Part shown: one piece after another, positions 40,714 to 49,768 of the stretch
Position numbering within the stretch: position 1 is the first letter of the stretch
Layout: the number at the start of each line of letters is the position of its first letter
From: a virus
Length of the DNA: 64,000 nucleotides
Strand: one strand, 5' to 3'
IMG/VR virus record: IMGVR_UViG_3300028815_000061
Coordinates: 7,032 to 71,031 of that record
Notes under the pieces: generated by a model
What the model saw: the letters and a program-made list of their open reading frames with translations, nothing else
The model's database searches: none
Told to the model about the DNA's origin: nothing
Translations under genes and position numbers: made by a program

Positions 40714-41159
40714 GTCAGTAAGAAGATCCCGGCCGTGGCCCACTCAATAGCGTAGTTGCCCCCAGTTGTAGCAGTCGAGCCAATCTCCCAGTAGGCCATG
40801 AGCGGATCGGCCGGACTGCTCGGGGTGTTATCGTACATGATACAGTGACTAGGCGTAGCTGGAGACAATGTTCCCAATGCAGCCCAGACGACATCCTCTG
40901 CATCGAACACTCCACGATCATTCGTATTGTCCTGTACGGTCGACTTTCCTGTTAATGATTGCCCACCGGCCGTGTAGCCACTGCCAGTGCTATACTCACT
41001 AGCAGATACGTGTGAGTACAAAGTGTGGGTATCAATATTGGGTGTATAACTGCTTACAAGAATTAACTTTACGTCGTTACCACCGCTATCAATATCGTGA
41101 ACCCCATCCATGAGGTTCTTTTTGAAGCAGTTGTATGCAACGCCATCACCTTCGGCCAT
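40710..41159 (-). CDS. Virion structural protein
   Basis: YNCFK..L......D....VKLIL...GYTAGG..L...FDA.DV.W pattern; SD AGGAG. Confidence 0.65.
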   Translation of the reverse strand: MAEGDGVAYNCFKKNLMDGVHDIDSGGNDVKLILVSSYTPNIDTHTLYSHVSASEYSTGSGYTAGGQSLTGKSTVQDNTNDRGVFDAEDVVWAALGTLSPATPSHCIMYDNTPSSPADPLMAYWEIGSTATTGGNYAIEWATAGIFLLT

Positions 41160-41162
41160 AGC

Positions 41163-41498
41163 CTACTCCTTTCCTGGTGCCCTAGAAAAGATCCGAATTG
41201 GCTTCATCTTCACCACAACATCCTTATCGGTCGGAACTATTGCGGGCGGTCGCCATGCAGCCACTTCGTCCAAGCCCATGTTTCGCCTGGCTACCTCTTC
41301 TTCCACATACCTTTTGCCTTCAGACCAGTGCGCTCGCCTTTCGTCAACACGCTCCTGGGGATAATTACCCTCTTTTTCTATCTGGTCTATTTGGGCCAGG
41401 CTAAACCTAATGTAAAAGTACTTTGAACATAATTGCTGTTCCGTGAGTTCTTCTAGCTCTTTTCTAAAGGCCTCGAAACTAAAATGTCTATTACTCAT
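41163..41498 (-). CDS. Hypothetical protein
   Basis: ATGA overlap. Confidence 0.65.
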   Translation of the reverse strand: MSNRHFSFEAFRKELEELTEQQLCSKYFYIRFSLAQIDQIEKEGNYPQERVDERRAHWSEGKRYVEEEVARRNMGLDEVAAWRPPAIVPTDKDVVVKMKPIRIFSRAPGKE

Positions 41499-41845
41499 CT
41501 ACTCATCACCTTTTGAAAAAACGAGATGGTCGCGGCTAATGCGAATGGCATGGCCAAGATAATCAATACGTCCCTGTACTCCATTGGAACAGCAAACCAA
41601 ATAATGGTCGCTGCCAAGCCATACCAGATTGACATGCAGTAAGGGCAGTTGTGCATCGAGGCAAGTTCCCGCTTCCAGACCGGCTTGGCCACAACAGCAC
41701 GTCGACTGCGCTCATCGTACCTGATACCAATTGCGTACCTGAGCTTGTGAAGTAGATCGAATGGACCTGCCCACTTATCGTCGTAGATATAATTGACAAT
41801 GCGCCATGTTGCCAGGCCAATCACGACAAAATCAAAGAAATCCAT
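41495..41845 (-). CDS. DUF1360-like membrane protein
   Basis: LATWR...D..GPF..LR...CPYCMSIW; SD GGAG. Confidence 0.75.
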   Translation of the reverse strand: MDFFDFVVIGLATWRIVNYIYDDKWAGPFDLLHKLRYAIGIRYDERSRRAVVAKPVWKRELASMHNCPYCMSIWYGLAATIIWFAVPMEYRDVLIILAMPFALAATISFFQKVMSR

Positions 41846-41852
41846 AACGTCT

Positions 41853-41916
41853 CCAAACAAAAAGGGCCTAGAAAAATCTAGGCCCTGTCAGAGCGATGCG
41901 TGCACGCATTATAGCA
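41853..41916 (-). promoter_or_regulatory. Late promoter + boxA-like element + intrinsic terminator (copy 1)
   Basis: TGCTATAAT, 12 nt, then CGCTCTGAC, a 10-bp stem and TTTTTGTTT. Confidence 0.75.
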
Positions 41917-41941
41917 TGGCTAAATGCGCGGATTCAAAAAA

Positions 41942-42559
41942 TCACAAATCGTATTTGCTCTTCATGCTATACAAGCTACGAACAGTAGCCGGACCAACGC
42001 CGCTAATACGCAGCAAGTCAGCCTGACTCGTGTTGTCGAGATCGGATAATTTATTTATCCCGTTGTCCTTTAGTAGCTTGATATGCCCGGCATTTACCTT
42101 GGTCTTTGACCAATCCAATTCCTCAATCGGCCACTCCATTTTATTATCCGGCATTTTCTTGAGCACATGTACGACACTTTCGCCGTGCTTGACTTCATCT
42201 CGATCAATTGCCTCTGGCGGAGGAGGTGGTGGGGGTGCCGGTACCGCGCCAGGTGGCTTGCCTTGTCTTTCCTCTATGATCCTGGCAACACGTTGCTGCC
42301 TATCAGCGCGATCGCTACGCATCGCGACAACTCGTTTCGGCTGCACTATCGGGTTGACTGGTCGAAAGAGATCGGGCCTTACTCGCATATCGGCCTCGTA
42401 CACCTCGAATCTGTCACCACCCTTTCTGTAGCCGTAAGATTGCTTTGTCGCAGAACCGGTAACCATATGCTTGCCAGCGTTACGGGTGTTGTAAATGATT
42501 AAAACCTTTTTGCCTGTTGCTTGCTCCACTGTGTACTCCTGTTGACAATTACATGGCAT
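41942..42559 (-). CDS. Protein with Pro-rich linker and C-terminal helix-hairpin-helix
   Basis: GINKLSDL......LLRISGVGPATV. Confidence 0.7.
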   Translation of the reverse strand: MPCNCQQEYTVEQATGKKVLIIYNTRNAGKHMVTGSATKQSYGYRKGGDRFEVYEADMRVRPDLFRPVNPIVQPKRVVAMRSDRADRQQRVARIIEERQGKPPGAVPAPPPPPPPEAIDRDEVKHGESVVHVLKKMPDNKMEWPIEELDWSKTKVNAGHIKLLKDNGINKLSDLDNTSQADLLRISGVGPATVRSLYSMKSKYDL

Positions 42560-45098
42560 AGGATATAGCCTCTTGCTCGGGTTGATGCACAGCATCGTAC
42601 TCGTTTTGAAGATAGGCCATTAACTCTGCCTCATGTCCTACGCTTTTATCTCTCCTGGCCCCGTCAGTAAAGCTATATACCCATAATGGCATATCAACCC
42701 TGTGAAACGGGTATCCCTGCCATGCCAGGCGATACAGGTATAAGCAATCCTCCCATGTCTTTATCTCCTCATCAAATCCGCCAATAGCCTCATGCCACAT
42801 CTTCGGTAGCAGGATATTAACTCCTGACCACACATATGGCCGATCCCCATCTGGTCTGAGCATGGCACGTTCCCGGTCGAATGGACGGAAACTATAATCC
42901 ACGATAACGTGATCGCCTTCTTCCTTGACAACGTGTCCTTGCAGACGAGGTAGCATATTCTTACTCATCTTTGAGTAGTACTTGCTGTACACGATTGACT
43001 TTGTTTGCTTGCTTATTTCTGGATTCACGTAGGTTAAGAACTCTGGTCCATAACAGTCGTCTGCATCAAGGAATGTGACAAAATCGGCGCTGGCCATGCG
43101 CACACCAATGTTTCTTGCGTGGCCCGGTCCACCAGGCACTAGCTCGCCAGTCCAGTAGCTATGTGCGTATGCTTCAGCGTACCGCACAAATGGAAAGGCG
43201 TTTTGGTAATAGTCCATGATATCGTAATCAAAGTTGTAATCCCAAACAACAATCGCCTCCCAATTCCTGTACTCCTGTGCTTCAATGCTATGCAAGGCAG
43301 TTGCAAGGACAATCTCGTGACCCTTGCCGACTGGGATAATGATAGAGACCTTTGGTTCGTACGAGCGTACTGGATGCGACAGGTTCTTCGGTGTAGCAAC
43401 AGCAGCAAACGGGAATCTGTAATCCCGCGTATATGGTTGCCACGCTCGCCAATTAACTTCGGTGAAATCGCTTGCACCAGATACATGGCCTAATCCATGA
43501 GTATGTACCCACAAGTTATTTGGCGTTGGCTTCACCATCTGTGGTTTCCATCCATGCGCCAGCAATCTCAGATACAGGTTTGCATCTTCAGTGCCAGCAC
43601 CTCTCGGAGCGTAGCGAGCCATATACCCACCCGCCTCTATCAAGGCCTTGCGCCTGAACATCACGCACGCGGGAAACTGGTTGGCCAAACCCTCGATAAA
43701 TTGCTTGTTAACATCCATTGTTGGCCATGGCTTATGGGCTCGTAAACCCATTTCTTTTGCCAGACCAGGTGGTGCAAGATGCTCGCCGCCCTTCTGGTAA
43801 TCAATAACCTCGCTGCCAGAATAAGAAAAGCCAATCGTCTTATCACCCACGAGTGGTTTAAGGCAATCCTTCACAAAGTCAGGCTTGATCTGGTCGTCTC
43901 CATCAAGAACAACGACAAAGTTGCAATCCGTACGGTATATTCCGGCATTCCTGGCAAGAGCAACGTTTTGTAGGTCAACCCGCAAATATTCAATGCTCGA
44001 TATTGTCTTGGTGTACTTCTCGACAACGTCTTTCGTATTGTCGGTTGAGGAGTCATCAACAACGATAATGTGGTCGGGCATCCTTGTTTGAGCTAGTACA
44101 CTGTCGATAGCCTTTCCCACTACGTCGCCATAATTATGCGATGTTATAACCACGGCCACCGTGTCCAATTTGCCAGCCTGGTACAATTTATCCTTGTAGA
44201 CCACTTCATCGTACACGTTATGAATGATCGTGGCCAGCATGCTGATGCTGTATTTCCAGTCAAGTTCCTTCTTGGCCACCCACCTGGCGTTTTGCCCAAG
44301 GATGCTGCCATGCTTCAGGCAATACTTTATACCCTGTATCGCATCGTTTAGGTTGTGATCTCTGTAGATATAACCCGTTCGCCCGTGTTCCACGAAATCC
44401 TTAACCGCTCCAGCACTCGTGCTACATACAGGAACACCAGAGGCCAGGGCCTCAGCCGCAGCTATGCCCCAGGTCTCGCGATCGGGCATAAAGATCACAC
44501 CCGCTTCCTGGATATGGCGCTTCATCTCTTCAAATGGAACCGTGCCTCCATACGTAACGACGTTTGGCGGCGAATCCCTAGTCGCAAATGTAGTATAAAA
44601 CGTCGTGTGTGGCATGGCCCTGGCAACATCGTTAATCTGTCCAGGATCTAGGCCATCAGATGTACGATTCTTTGTGTATAGCACATAATCGCCACGCCTG
44701 TAATTGTGCTCCCACTCATTTGGGTTTATGCCATGCCCGACCACGTGCACATGCTTGTGTAAGTCGCGACGGTAAACATCGGCAACCCATCGCGACGGCG
44801 CGATTATAGTGTGAGCATTCACTGCAGCTTTAGCAAGATTCGCATTAACCCCATAAGCGTACTTGCCAAGTTTAATTTCCTCTGTCCACAGCAAGCCATG
44901 TGTGACATGTATATCTGCATCCAAGTTGGACACTATATGCCCTATCGAAAGATCGGCCGGTTCACCTGGAGCGACTAGGTCAATCCCATATTTTGGCAAA
45001 TGTTTAGACCAATTGATGACTACCTGAGCAATGCCAGAGTGCTCCTTCCCTCGCATATCATCAGCGTGTGGTGTCATTGATACTTTGACTCGACTCAT
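42549..45098 (-). CDS. Three-domain glycosyltransferase (GT4-like + two GT2-like)
   Basis: ETWGIAAAEALASGVPV (E-x7-E); VVDDSSTD, LDGDD and TED; SIIIP, LDADD and WED. Confidence 0.92.
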   Translation of the reverse strand: MSRVKVSMTPHADDMRGKEHSGIAQVVINWSKHLPKYGIDLVAPGEPADLSIGHIVSNLDADIHVTHGLLWTEEIKLGKYAYGVNANLAKAAVNAHTIIAPSRWVADVYRRDLHKHVHVVGHGINPNEWEHNYRRGDYVLYTKNRTSDGLDPGQINDVARAMPHTTFYTTFATRDSPPNVVTYGGTVPFEEMKRHIQEAGVIFMPDRETWGIAAAEALASGVPVCSTSAGAVKDFVEHGRTGYIYRDHNLNDAIQGIKYCLKHGSILGQNARWVAKKELDWKYSISMLATIIHNVYDEVVYKDKLYQAGKLDTVAVVITSHNYGDVVGKAIDSVLAQTRMPDHIIVVDDSSTDNTKDVVEKYTKTISSIEYLRVDLQNVALARNAGIYRTDCNFVVVLDGDDQIKPDFVKDCLKPLVGDKTIGFSYSGSEVIDYQKGGEHLAPPGLAKEMGLRAHKPWPTMDVNKQFIEGLANQFPACVMFRRKALIEAGGYMARYAPRGAGTEDANLYLRLLAHGWKPQMVKPTPNNLWVHTHGLGHVSGASDFTEVNWRAWQPYTRDYRFPFAAVATPKNLSHPVRSYEPKVSIIIPVGKGHEIVLATALHSIEAQEYRNWEAIVVWDYNFDYDIMDYYQNAFPFVRYAEAYAHSYWTGELVPGGPGHARNIGVRMASADFVTFLDADDCYGPEFLTYVNPEISKQTKSIVYSKYYSKMSKNMLPRLQGHVVKEEGDHVIVDYSFRPFDRERAMLRPDGDRPYVWSGVNILLPKMWHEAIGGFDEEIKTWEDCLYLYRLAWQGYPFHRVDMPLWVYSFTDGARRDKSVGHEAELMAYLQNEYDAVHQPEQEAISYAM

Positions 45099-45246
45099 TT
45101 ATTTCTCCAACGTTTATTACGTTTTGCTGGTTTCCACCTGGGAGGCCATCTACCCTCCTCCTTGGCCTTCATAATGCGCCATGCCCACCAAGCGTCCAGT
45201 TCCAACATTTCATTCTTGGTAAATCTAGGTCGACCAAATGACACGA

Positions 45247-45441
45247 TTAACCACCTCTTACCTTGGCCAGCCTGCTATAAAAGTCCTGGTCAAGGTCCTG
45301 TATCTTGTCAGCTAATTTCTTCTCAGTCCACTTCTCGCCAGCGCACTTCTCGTAGATGTCGCTTTTCTTTTGAGCGTACCAGTCGTAGATGTCGTCTAAT
45401 TGCTGGCTTTTCATATAGCACCTAGTAGTTTGAGTGCGCAC
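45247..45441 (-). CDS. Hypothetical protein
   Basis: Small packed ORF. Confidence 0.5.
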   Translation of the reverse strand: MRTQTTRCYMKSQQLDDIYDWYAQKKSDIYEKCAGEKWTEKKLADKIQDLDQDFYSRLAKVRGG

Positions 45442-45974
45442 AAAACAATTGCCGGACCAACTATCATCAACCAGATAATTCGCCTTCTTTGCTTCGGCAT
45501 GACCACGACCTTCCCAGCGTTGTCGATTGCACTATCGACAAAGTCAAGATATGCCTCAAATATAGGCATGAACGGATCCCCGATCTGATAGGCGTAACTG
45601 ATATTAGGCTCAGGTCGATCTGGCACCTTGCTTTCTGGGTACATGTAAGACGTGTTCAATCTATCAATTGCTTTTTCTTGGCCATATAATCTCAGCCTTT
45701 GTCTAAGTGCGTCCCGGCTCCTGGCCTGCAGCCTGTTATGCTCCTGAACAAGCATCGCGGCCTCGCTTGGATCTATGCTTCCATCACGCAGGCACGCCTG
45801 AACAAGCCTATCGAATCTCTCGGAAGCGCTTTTCGCTAGGTCTACAAATCTCCTGTCTCGCTCATCCAGAGAGTCCACAAGGTAACGACTCAGCGAAGGT
45901 ATTGGCTTCTCCTCCTCAAGAACAACCTCGGAAACATCAACACGACGCCTACTATTCTTCTTCATCAACCTCAT
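45411..45974 (-). CDS. Protein with C-terminal TM anchor
   Basis: RRRIIWLMIVGPAIVLCALKLLG. Confidence 0.65.
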   Translation of the reverse strand: MRLMKKNSRRRVDVSEVVLEEEKPIPSLSRYLVDSLDERDRRFVDLAKSASERFDRLVQACLRDGSIDPSEAAMLVQEHNRLQARSRDALRQRLRLYGQEKAIDRLNTSYMYPESKVPDRPEPNISYAYQIGDPFMPIFEAYLDFVDSAIDNAGKVVVMPKQRRRIIWLMIVGPAIVLCALKLLGAI

Positions 45975-46392
45975 TACCTGAGTCGAATATTGAGGCCCCA
46001 GATATCCTCGCCTGGATCATCGCCGAACTGGTCATAATGTCCCTTAACTCATCCTCGGTATACTTGCTCATATCAACATCTTCCTTGAGCAAGAAGATGC
46101 GATCCTTGTGAATATAGCCAACACTCGCCATTGCTTCCTCGTCAAGAACCTTGAGATCACCCCAGTTCTCGACACCAACAACAATGGTTCTGACATTAAA
46201 CCTGGCAAGGATTTGGTGAGCAGCCGTATTTATGAACCTACTAAACTCCTCTTCGGGCATGTTCTTTGGTTTCCTGTATGCCACAAGTGCCCTGTCAGGC
46301 AATGACAGCGTGCGACTTTTAACCTTTGGAAACCTGCCCTCTGGTGTTTTTGGTACCGGTTGAATACCAAGTGACGGCCTAGGATCGCCCAT
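45952..46392 (-). CDS. Hypothetical protein
   Basis: SD GGAGG; packed. Confidence 0.65.
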   Translation of the reverse strand: MGDPRPSLGIQPVPKTPEGRFPKVKSRTLSLPDRALVAYRKPKNMPEEEFSRFINTAAHQILARFNVRTIVVGVENWGDLKVLDEEAMASVGYIHKDRIFLLKEDVDMSKYTEDELRDIMTSSAMIQARISGASIFDSGNEVDEEE

Positions 46393-46951
46393 GCGTCATC
46401 CTCCGGTTGCCACTCGTGCGTTGAATCTGGTTACGCTGTATGCCAAGCTGACTGATAACATGTGGCCAGATAGCCAGAAGAACGCCAACAGTAGCACTTA
46501 GAAATAGCTCTGAACCAATCGTAATAAATGTGAGCGTGTAAGCTGCGCCGATCGCGATTGCTGGCGTAAACAAATGTGGCCCACTTCCATCCAACGGAAA
46601 CATCTGTCGACCAGAGCGGTCCTGAACATCGCTTACAAAGTCGATTGTGAAGAACAAGGCAACGATTGCTAGTGCCCAGTAGTTTTTCTTTGTATCCATC
46701 ATGAACAGGTACATGAAAAACACTTGGGCGACTTGCGGTATAAAGCCAATCACCCAGTAGGTAATGGGCCAGTTCCCGAACTCGACGCCAAATGCAATTT
46801 CTAGGGCCTCGAATCCATCACGAGACGACTTAGCATCCTCCATGAATAGGATTATGCCAGACAAGAAAAGAAATAGGGCAAGTCCAAACACATACATAAT
46901 GTACGGGCTGTCTTGCCACTTTACCCTAATTTGCTCGAATACGTTCGTCAT
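46379..46951 (-). CDS. Multi-pass membrane protein
   Basis: About 4-5 hydrophobic segments; SD GGAG. Confidence 0.75.
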   Translation of the reverse strand: MTNVFEQIRVKWQDSPYIMYVFGLALFLFLSGIILFMEDAKSSRDGFEALEIAFGVEFGNWPITYWVIGFIPQVAQVFFMYLFMMDTKKNYWALAIVALFFTIDFVSDVQDRSGRQMFPLDGSGPHLFTPAIAIGAAYTLTFITIGSELFLSATVGVLLAIWPHVISQLGIQRNQIQRTSGNRRMTHGRS

Positions 46952-47552
46952 ATTTCACTCCAGTGGTTTGAGTTAGAAAAGCCTTTAAGCGCTCCGTCAC
47001 AGCGTACTGGCTATTTCCGATGTCATCCACCAGGTTATGTGAAACCAGGTAATCAATGATTATATCCCCGCTTGTCGAAAATCTATCCGGTATGACACCA
47101 TAAGATTCTAATTGACGCTTGGATATCTTGTCCATGCCCTCCTCAATGGCGTGCGCTAGAGAAATTAGCTTCGATAGCACACTAACTTCTTCTGAAGCAG
47201 AAGGCGTCATGGGTTTGCCATCAGCGGTTACGCCAATAGGTGCGTAAGCGTTGCCCATGTCTGCGGGCACCTCGACGATAGCTCCGCGATCTTTTATGAT
47301 GCGCTTCATTTCGTCGACCGGATGTTCCTCGCCTGTCATCCAGTACGGCCGTTTCATGCGGCCGGACTCATATAGATACTGTTCGGCAACGTAGACGACA
47401 ACATAAGTAATCGCCCAAATAAAGACGCCAAGAACAATAGCACGGCCAAATTCAAGCCATGTCAAATCCCCATCAAGAAGAGAGGCAGCAAGCGCACTGG
47501 CCCATGCTGCAGCGCCTATCCTGAATGCTATTGGTGGTGCGTGCTCGGTCAT
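46926..47552 (-). CDS. 2-TM membrane protein with possible C-terminal winged helix
   Basis: N-terminal TMs; IIDYLVSHNLV....QYAVTE ending. Confidence 0.6.
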   Translation of the reverse strand: MTEHAPPIAFRIGAAAWASALAASLLDGDLTWLEFGRAIVLGVFIWAITYVVVYVAEQYLYESGRMKRPYWMTGEEHPVDEMKRIIKDRGAIVEVPADMGNAYAPIGVTADGKPMTPSASEEVSVLSKLISLAHAIEEGMDKISKRQLESYGVIPDRFSTSGDIIIDYLVSHNLVDDIGNSQYAVTERLKAFLTQTTGVKYDERIRAN

Positions 47553-47553
47553 T

Positions 47554-48411
47554 TTATAACCCTTTTTTCTGCCAGCTATCTCCCACGTGCATCCATTGTC
47601 CAAGATTAAGGCCAAACATAGGAATCACAACCCATGGCATAATGTTCCACTCTGGTTGTTCCCTTCTCATGGCCTTGTAATTCGCACACCATCTTACTTC
47701 TGTTTGGCCTAATTTCACACTCTGGTCATACATGCCGTAAACCCAGTGAAACCTCATGTGCTTGATATGTGGCCTATTTGAGGCCAGGTATAGCTCAGGC
47801 CCTTCCACGTCCAGGTACCAGTATGGTCCATAGTTAGCAGCCTTGAATTTGTAGTACTTGCCCAGATTGTACGCATCTTTTTCCTCGCCCATAAATAGGC
47901 GTATCCAACCTATGTTGAGTTCCTCTGTAAACAAGTCTCGTGCATAATCGGTGATGTCGAGATGGTCGATAAGGTGATGATCGTCGTCGAGTTGCATAAC
48001 CAACGGTGTTTCAACCTTACTGAGCAACATATTGAGATTAGCGCCAAGACCCCTACCAGGACCTTTATAGATGCGGATCTCGCCACGATCGCTTAACAGA
48101 TATTTTGGGTCAAAATCATCTCCGTCATTCCCAATGAATACGTGAACATCTGGTTCTCTATTACCTTGCTCGTCGAAGTACACGAGATTACTAAGCAGTA
48201 AATCAACTGTTTCGACAAGAATTTCAGGCCGATTGTACGTTGGTATGATAATTGTCAGATCCCTGCTTGTATTGCTTTGCACCAAAATGCCTCCTTTTGT
48301 CCTTTGGCACCCATAATGGATGCTCTGATAAAGACTCGTACTCAACCTCTTTCCAGTACGACAAGTAGTCACGAACGTATGTTTCCCAGTAGTCGTACTT
48401 AGCAGTAGCAA
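47554..48411 (-). CDS. GT2-like glycosyltransferase (start probably near 48282)
   Basis: IIIPTYNRP, NDG, GLGANLN, QLDDD. Confidence 0.88.
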   Translation of the reverse strand: MLLLSTTTGKHTFVTTCRTGKRLSTSLYQSIHYGCQRTKGGILVQSNTSRDLTIIIPTYNRPEILVETVDLLLSNLVYFDEQGNREPDVHVFIGNDGDDFDPKYLLSDRGEIRIYKGPGRGLGANLNMLLSKVETPLVMQLDDDHHLIDHLDITDYARDLFTEELNIGWIRLFMGEEKDAYNLGKYYKFKAANYGPYWYLDVEGPELYLASNRPHIKHMRFHWVYGMYDQSVKLGQTEVRWCANYKAMRREQPEWNIMPWVVIPMFGLNLGQWMHVGDSWQKKGL

Positions 48412-48796
48412 CCCACACAGCAGCTTCCGTCAGTATATGGGAATCAGGCAGCAAATTAACATAGTACTGTATCTCGCGCTCTGCCCAAATGTTCCATCCA
48501 ATCCTACTTTGACTGGCGATGATATCCTCTACATCACGCTTCATTAAGACAACGCAGCAATTCGGATCGCTAAAACGCAGCGCATCTTTTAAGATCCCAG
48601 GACCTTGCAAGATACAGGGTTGGCGCTCATCTGCTAAATCCCTGGCTTTTTCGCCGTCCCATACCTGCCATAACCCCTCATCAAGATGCGTGTATCCATC
48701 AAGATCGTGCTCTATCATCCTAGAGCAGATGACAGTGCCCGAACGTTGCGGGCCAGTAACTAGGATAATTGGCCAGGAAGATAAGTACTCAAACAC
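48224..48796 (-). CDS. Sulfotransferase-like P-loop protein
   Basis: ILVTGPQRSGT (5'-PSB loop), MKRDVEDIIAS (3'-PB R..S), VEYESL. Confidence 0.8.
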   Translation of the reverse strand: MFEYLSSWPIILVTGPQRSGTVICSRMIEHDLDGYTHLDEGLWQVWDGEKARDLADERQPCILQGPGILKDALRFSDPNCCVVLMKRDVEDIIASQSRIGWNIWAEREIQYYVNLLPDSHILTEAAVWVATAKYDYWETYVRDYLSYWKEVEYESLSEHPLWVPKDKRRHFGAKQYKQGSDNYHTNVQSA

Positions 48797-49364
48797 AGCT
48801 CAACCTCTTGAAAATCCGCATAGTTCCCACAGATCCTTGTTCTCTCCAGCAATTGCTGAAACTGGTATACCACTCTGATACAGCTTGGTTAACACCAGGA
48901 ACCAGGTCATGCACACGAGGCTCGCCAGCACTATTGTATGGACGGTGAAAATCGTAACAATCATGGAAGATAACATAGCCTCCAATGTCCACCAGGTGCG
49001 TGTAAGACGTATCGGCGATCACACCCTGGTACGTGTGATCTCCGTCGATAAACAAAACGTCTACAACCGGGTAAGCCCTTCCAAATAGCTCGAACAATTT
49101 TGAACTATCGCCAGTTATGAACTCAACACCTAGGCTGTCCGGTGCCTTTGAATTGTCCAGGTCCATCCCACAGATAATGCACGTAGGGTTTCCTTCTCTG
49201 AAGCAAACGAGTGATGCGCCATGCTCTGTACCTATATTCAAAATAACTCCTAAATTCCCCGCTGACTTAGCAATATGATGAAGGAACTCACGCTCCTCCG
49301 GCCTCAGAAATCCCTTGGCCGTCCTGTAATTCAATCCCACCATCCTTCCTCCACTTGCTTTCAA
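48789..49364 (-). CDS. Class I SAM-dependent methyltransferase (Methyltransf_24-like)
   Basis: NIGTEHGAS, GDS, LFIDGDHTYQGV..D, GGYVIFHD. Confidence 0.88.
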   Translation of the reverse strand: MKASGGRMVGLNYRTAKGFLRPEEREFLHHIAKSAGNLGVILNIGTEHGASLVCFREGNPTCIICGMDLDNSKAPDSLGVEFITGDSSKLFELFGRAYPVVDVLFIDGDHTYQGVIADTSYTHLVDIGGYVIFHDCYDFHRPYNSAGEPRVHDLVPGVNQAVSEWYTSFSNCWREQGSVGTMRIFKRLSCV

Positions 49365-49587
49365 GTTTTATTAGCTCATCACGACTTATCTTTAGCGCAA
49401 CAATCCCACCCACATTCGGATCAAAACGCGGATCAATCACAAAGTCGGCGGAGACATGCACTGTATTTAGGTACTCCTCCAAGGCATAGATAGTCAATAG
49501 GGCCATCGAGATGCCTCGCTCCTCTGCCTCTGCCTTAACGCGCGCGTGAAGTTCCTCGGGGATTCTTGCTAGTAAATTCTTTGTCAC
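49288..49587 (-). CDS. Arc/CopG-type ribbon-helix-helix regulator, probably leaderless (GTG)
   Basis: KNLLARIPEELHARVKAEAEERGISMALLTIYALEEYL; GTG lies 7 nt after the -10. Confidence 0.8.
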   Translation of the reverse strand: MTKNLLARIPEELHARVKAEAEERGISMALLTIYALEEYLNTVHVSADFVIDPRFDPNVGGIVALKISRDELIKLESKWRKDGGIELQDGQGISEAGGA

Positions 49588-49593
49588 GCCAAC

Positions 49594-49645
49594 ATGATAA
49601 CACATTGCAATCTGGCTTGCAATATGCAATCAAAAGTGTTATAGT
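49594..49645. promoter_or_regulatory. Back-to-back sigma70-type promoters sharing one palindromic -35
   Basis: TTGCAA 49617-49622; + strand 17 nt then TATAGT (49640-49645); - strand 17 nt then TATCAT (49599-49594); both have a TGn extension. Confidence 0.75.
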
Positions 49646-49650
49646 ACTTT

Positions 49651-49755
49651 CAGGTCCCTGTGACCTCATGACTCACACACACGGGGCAGTCGTCCCCAAA
49701 CGCTCTGCCTCGTGCACTTGCGCCCAGGCCCCCGGCCCGTATCCGGGGGCCTTAG
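49651..49755 (+). ncRNA. Candidate structured small RNA or leader
   Basis: Downstream of the + promoter; three hairpins (49652-49666, 49683-49697, 49726-49752). Confidence 0.45.
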
Positions 49756-49768
49756 CATATAAAGTCAG

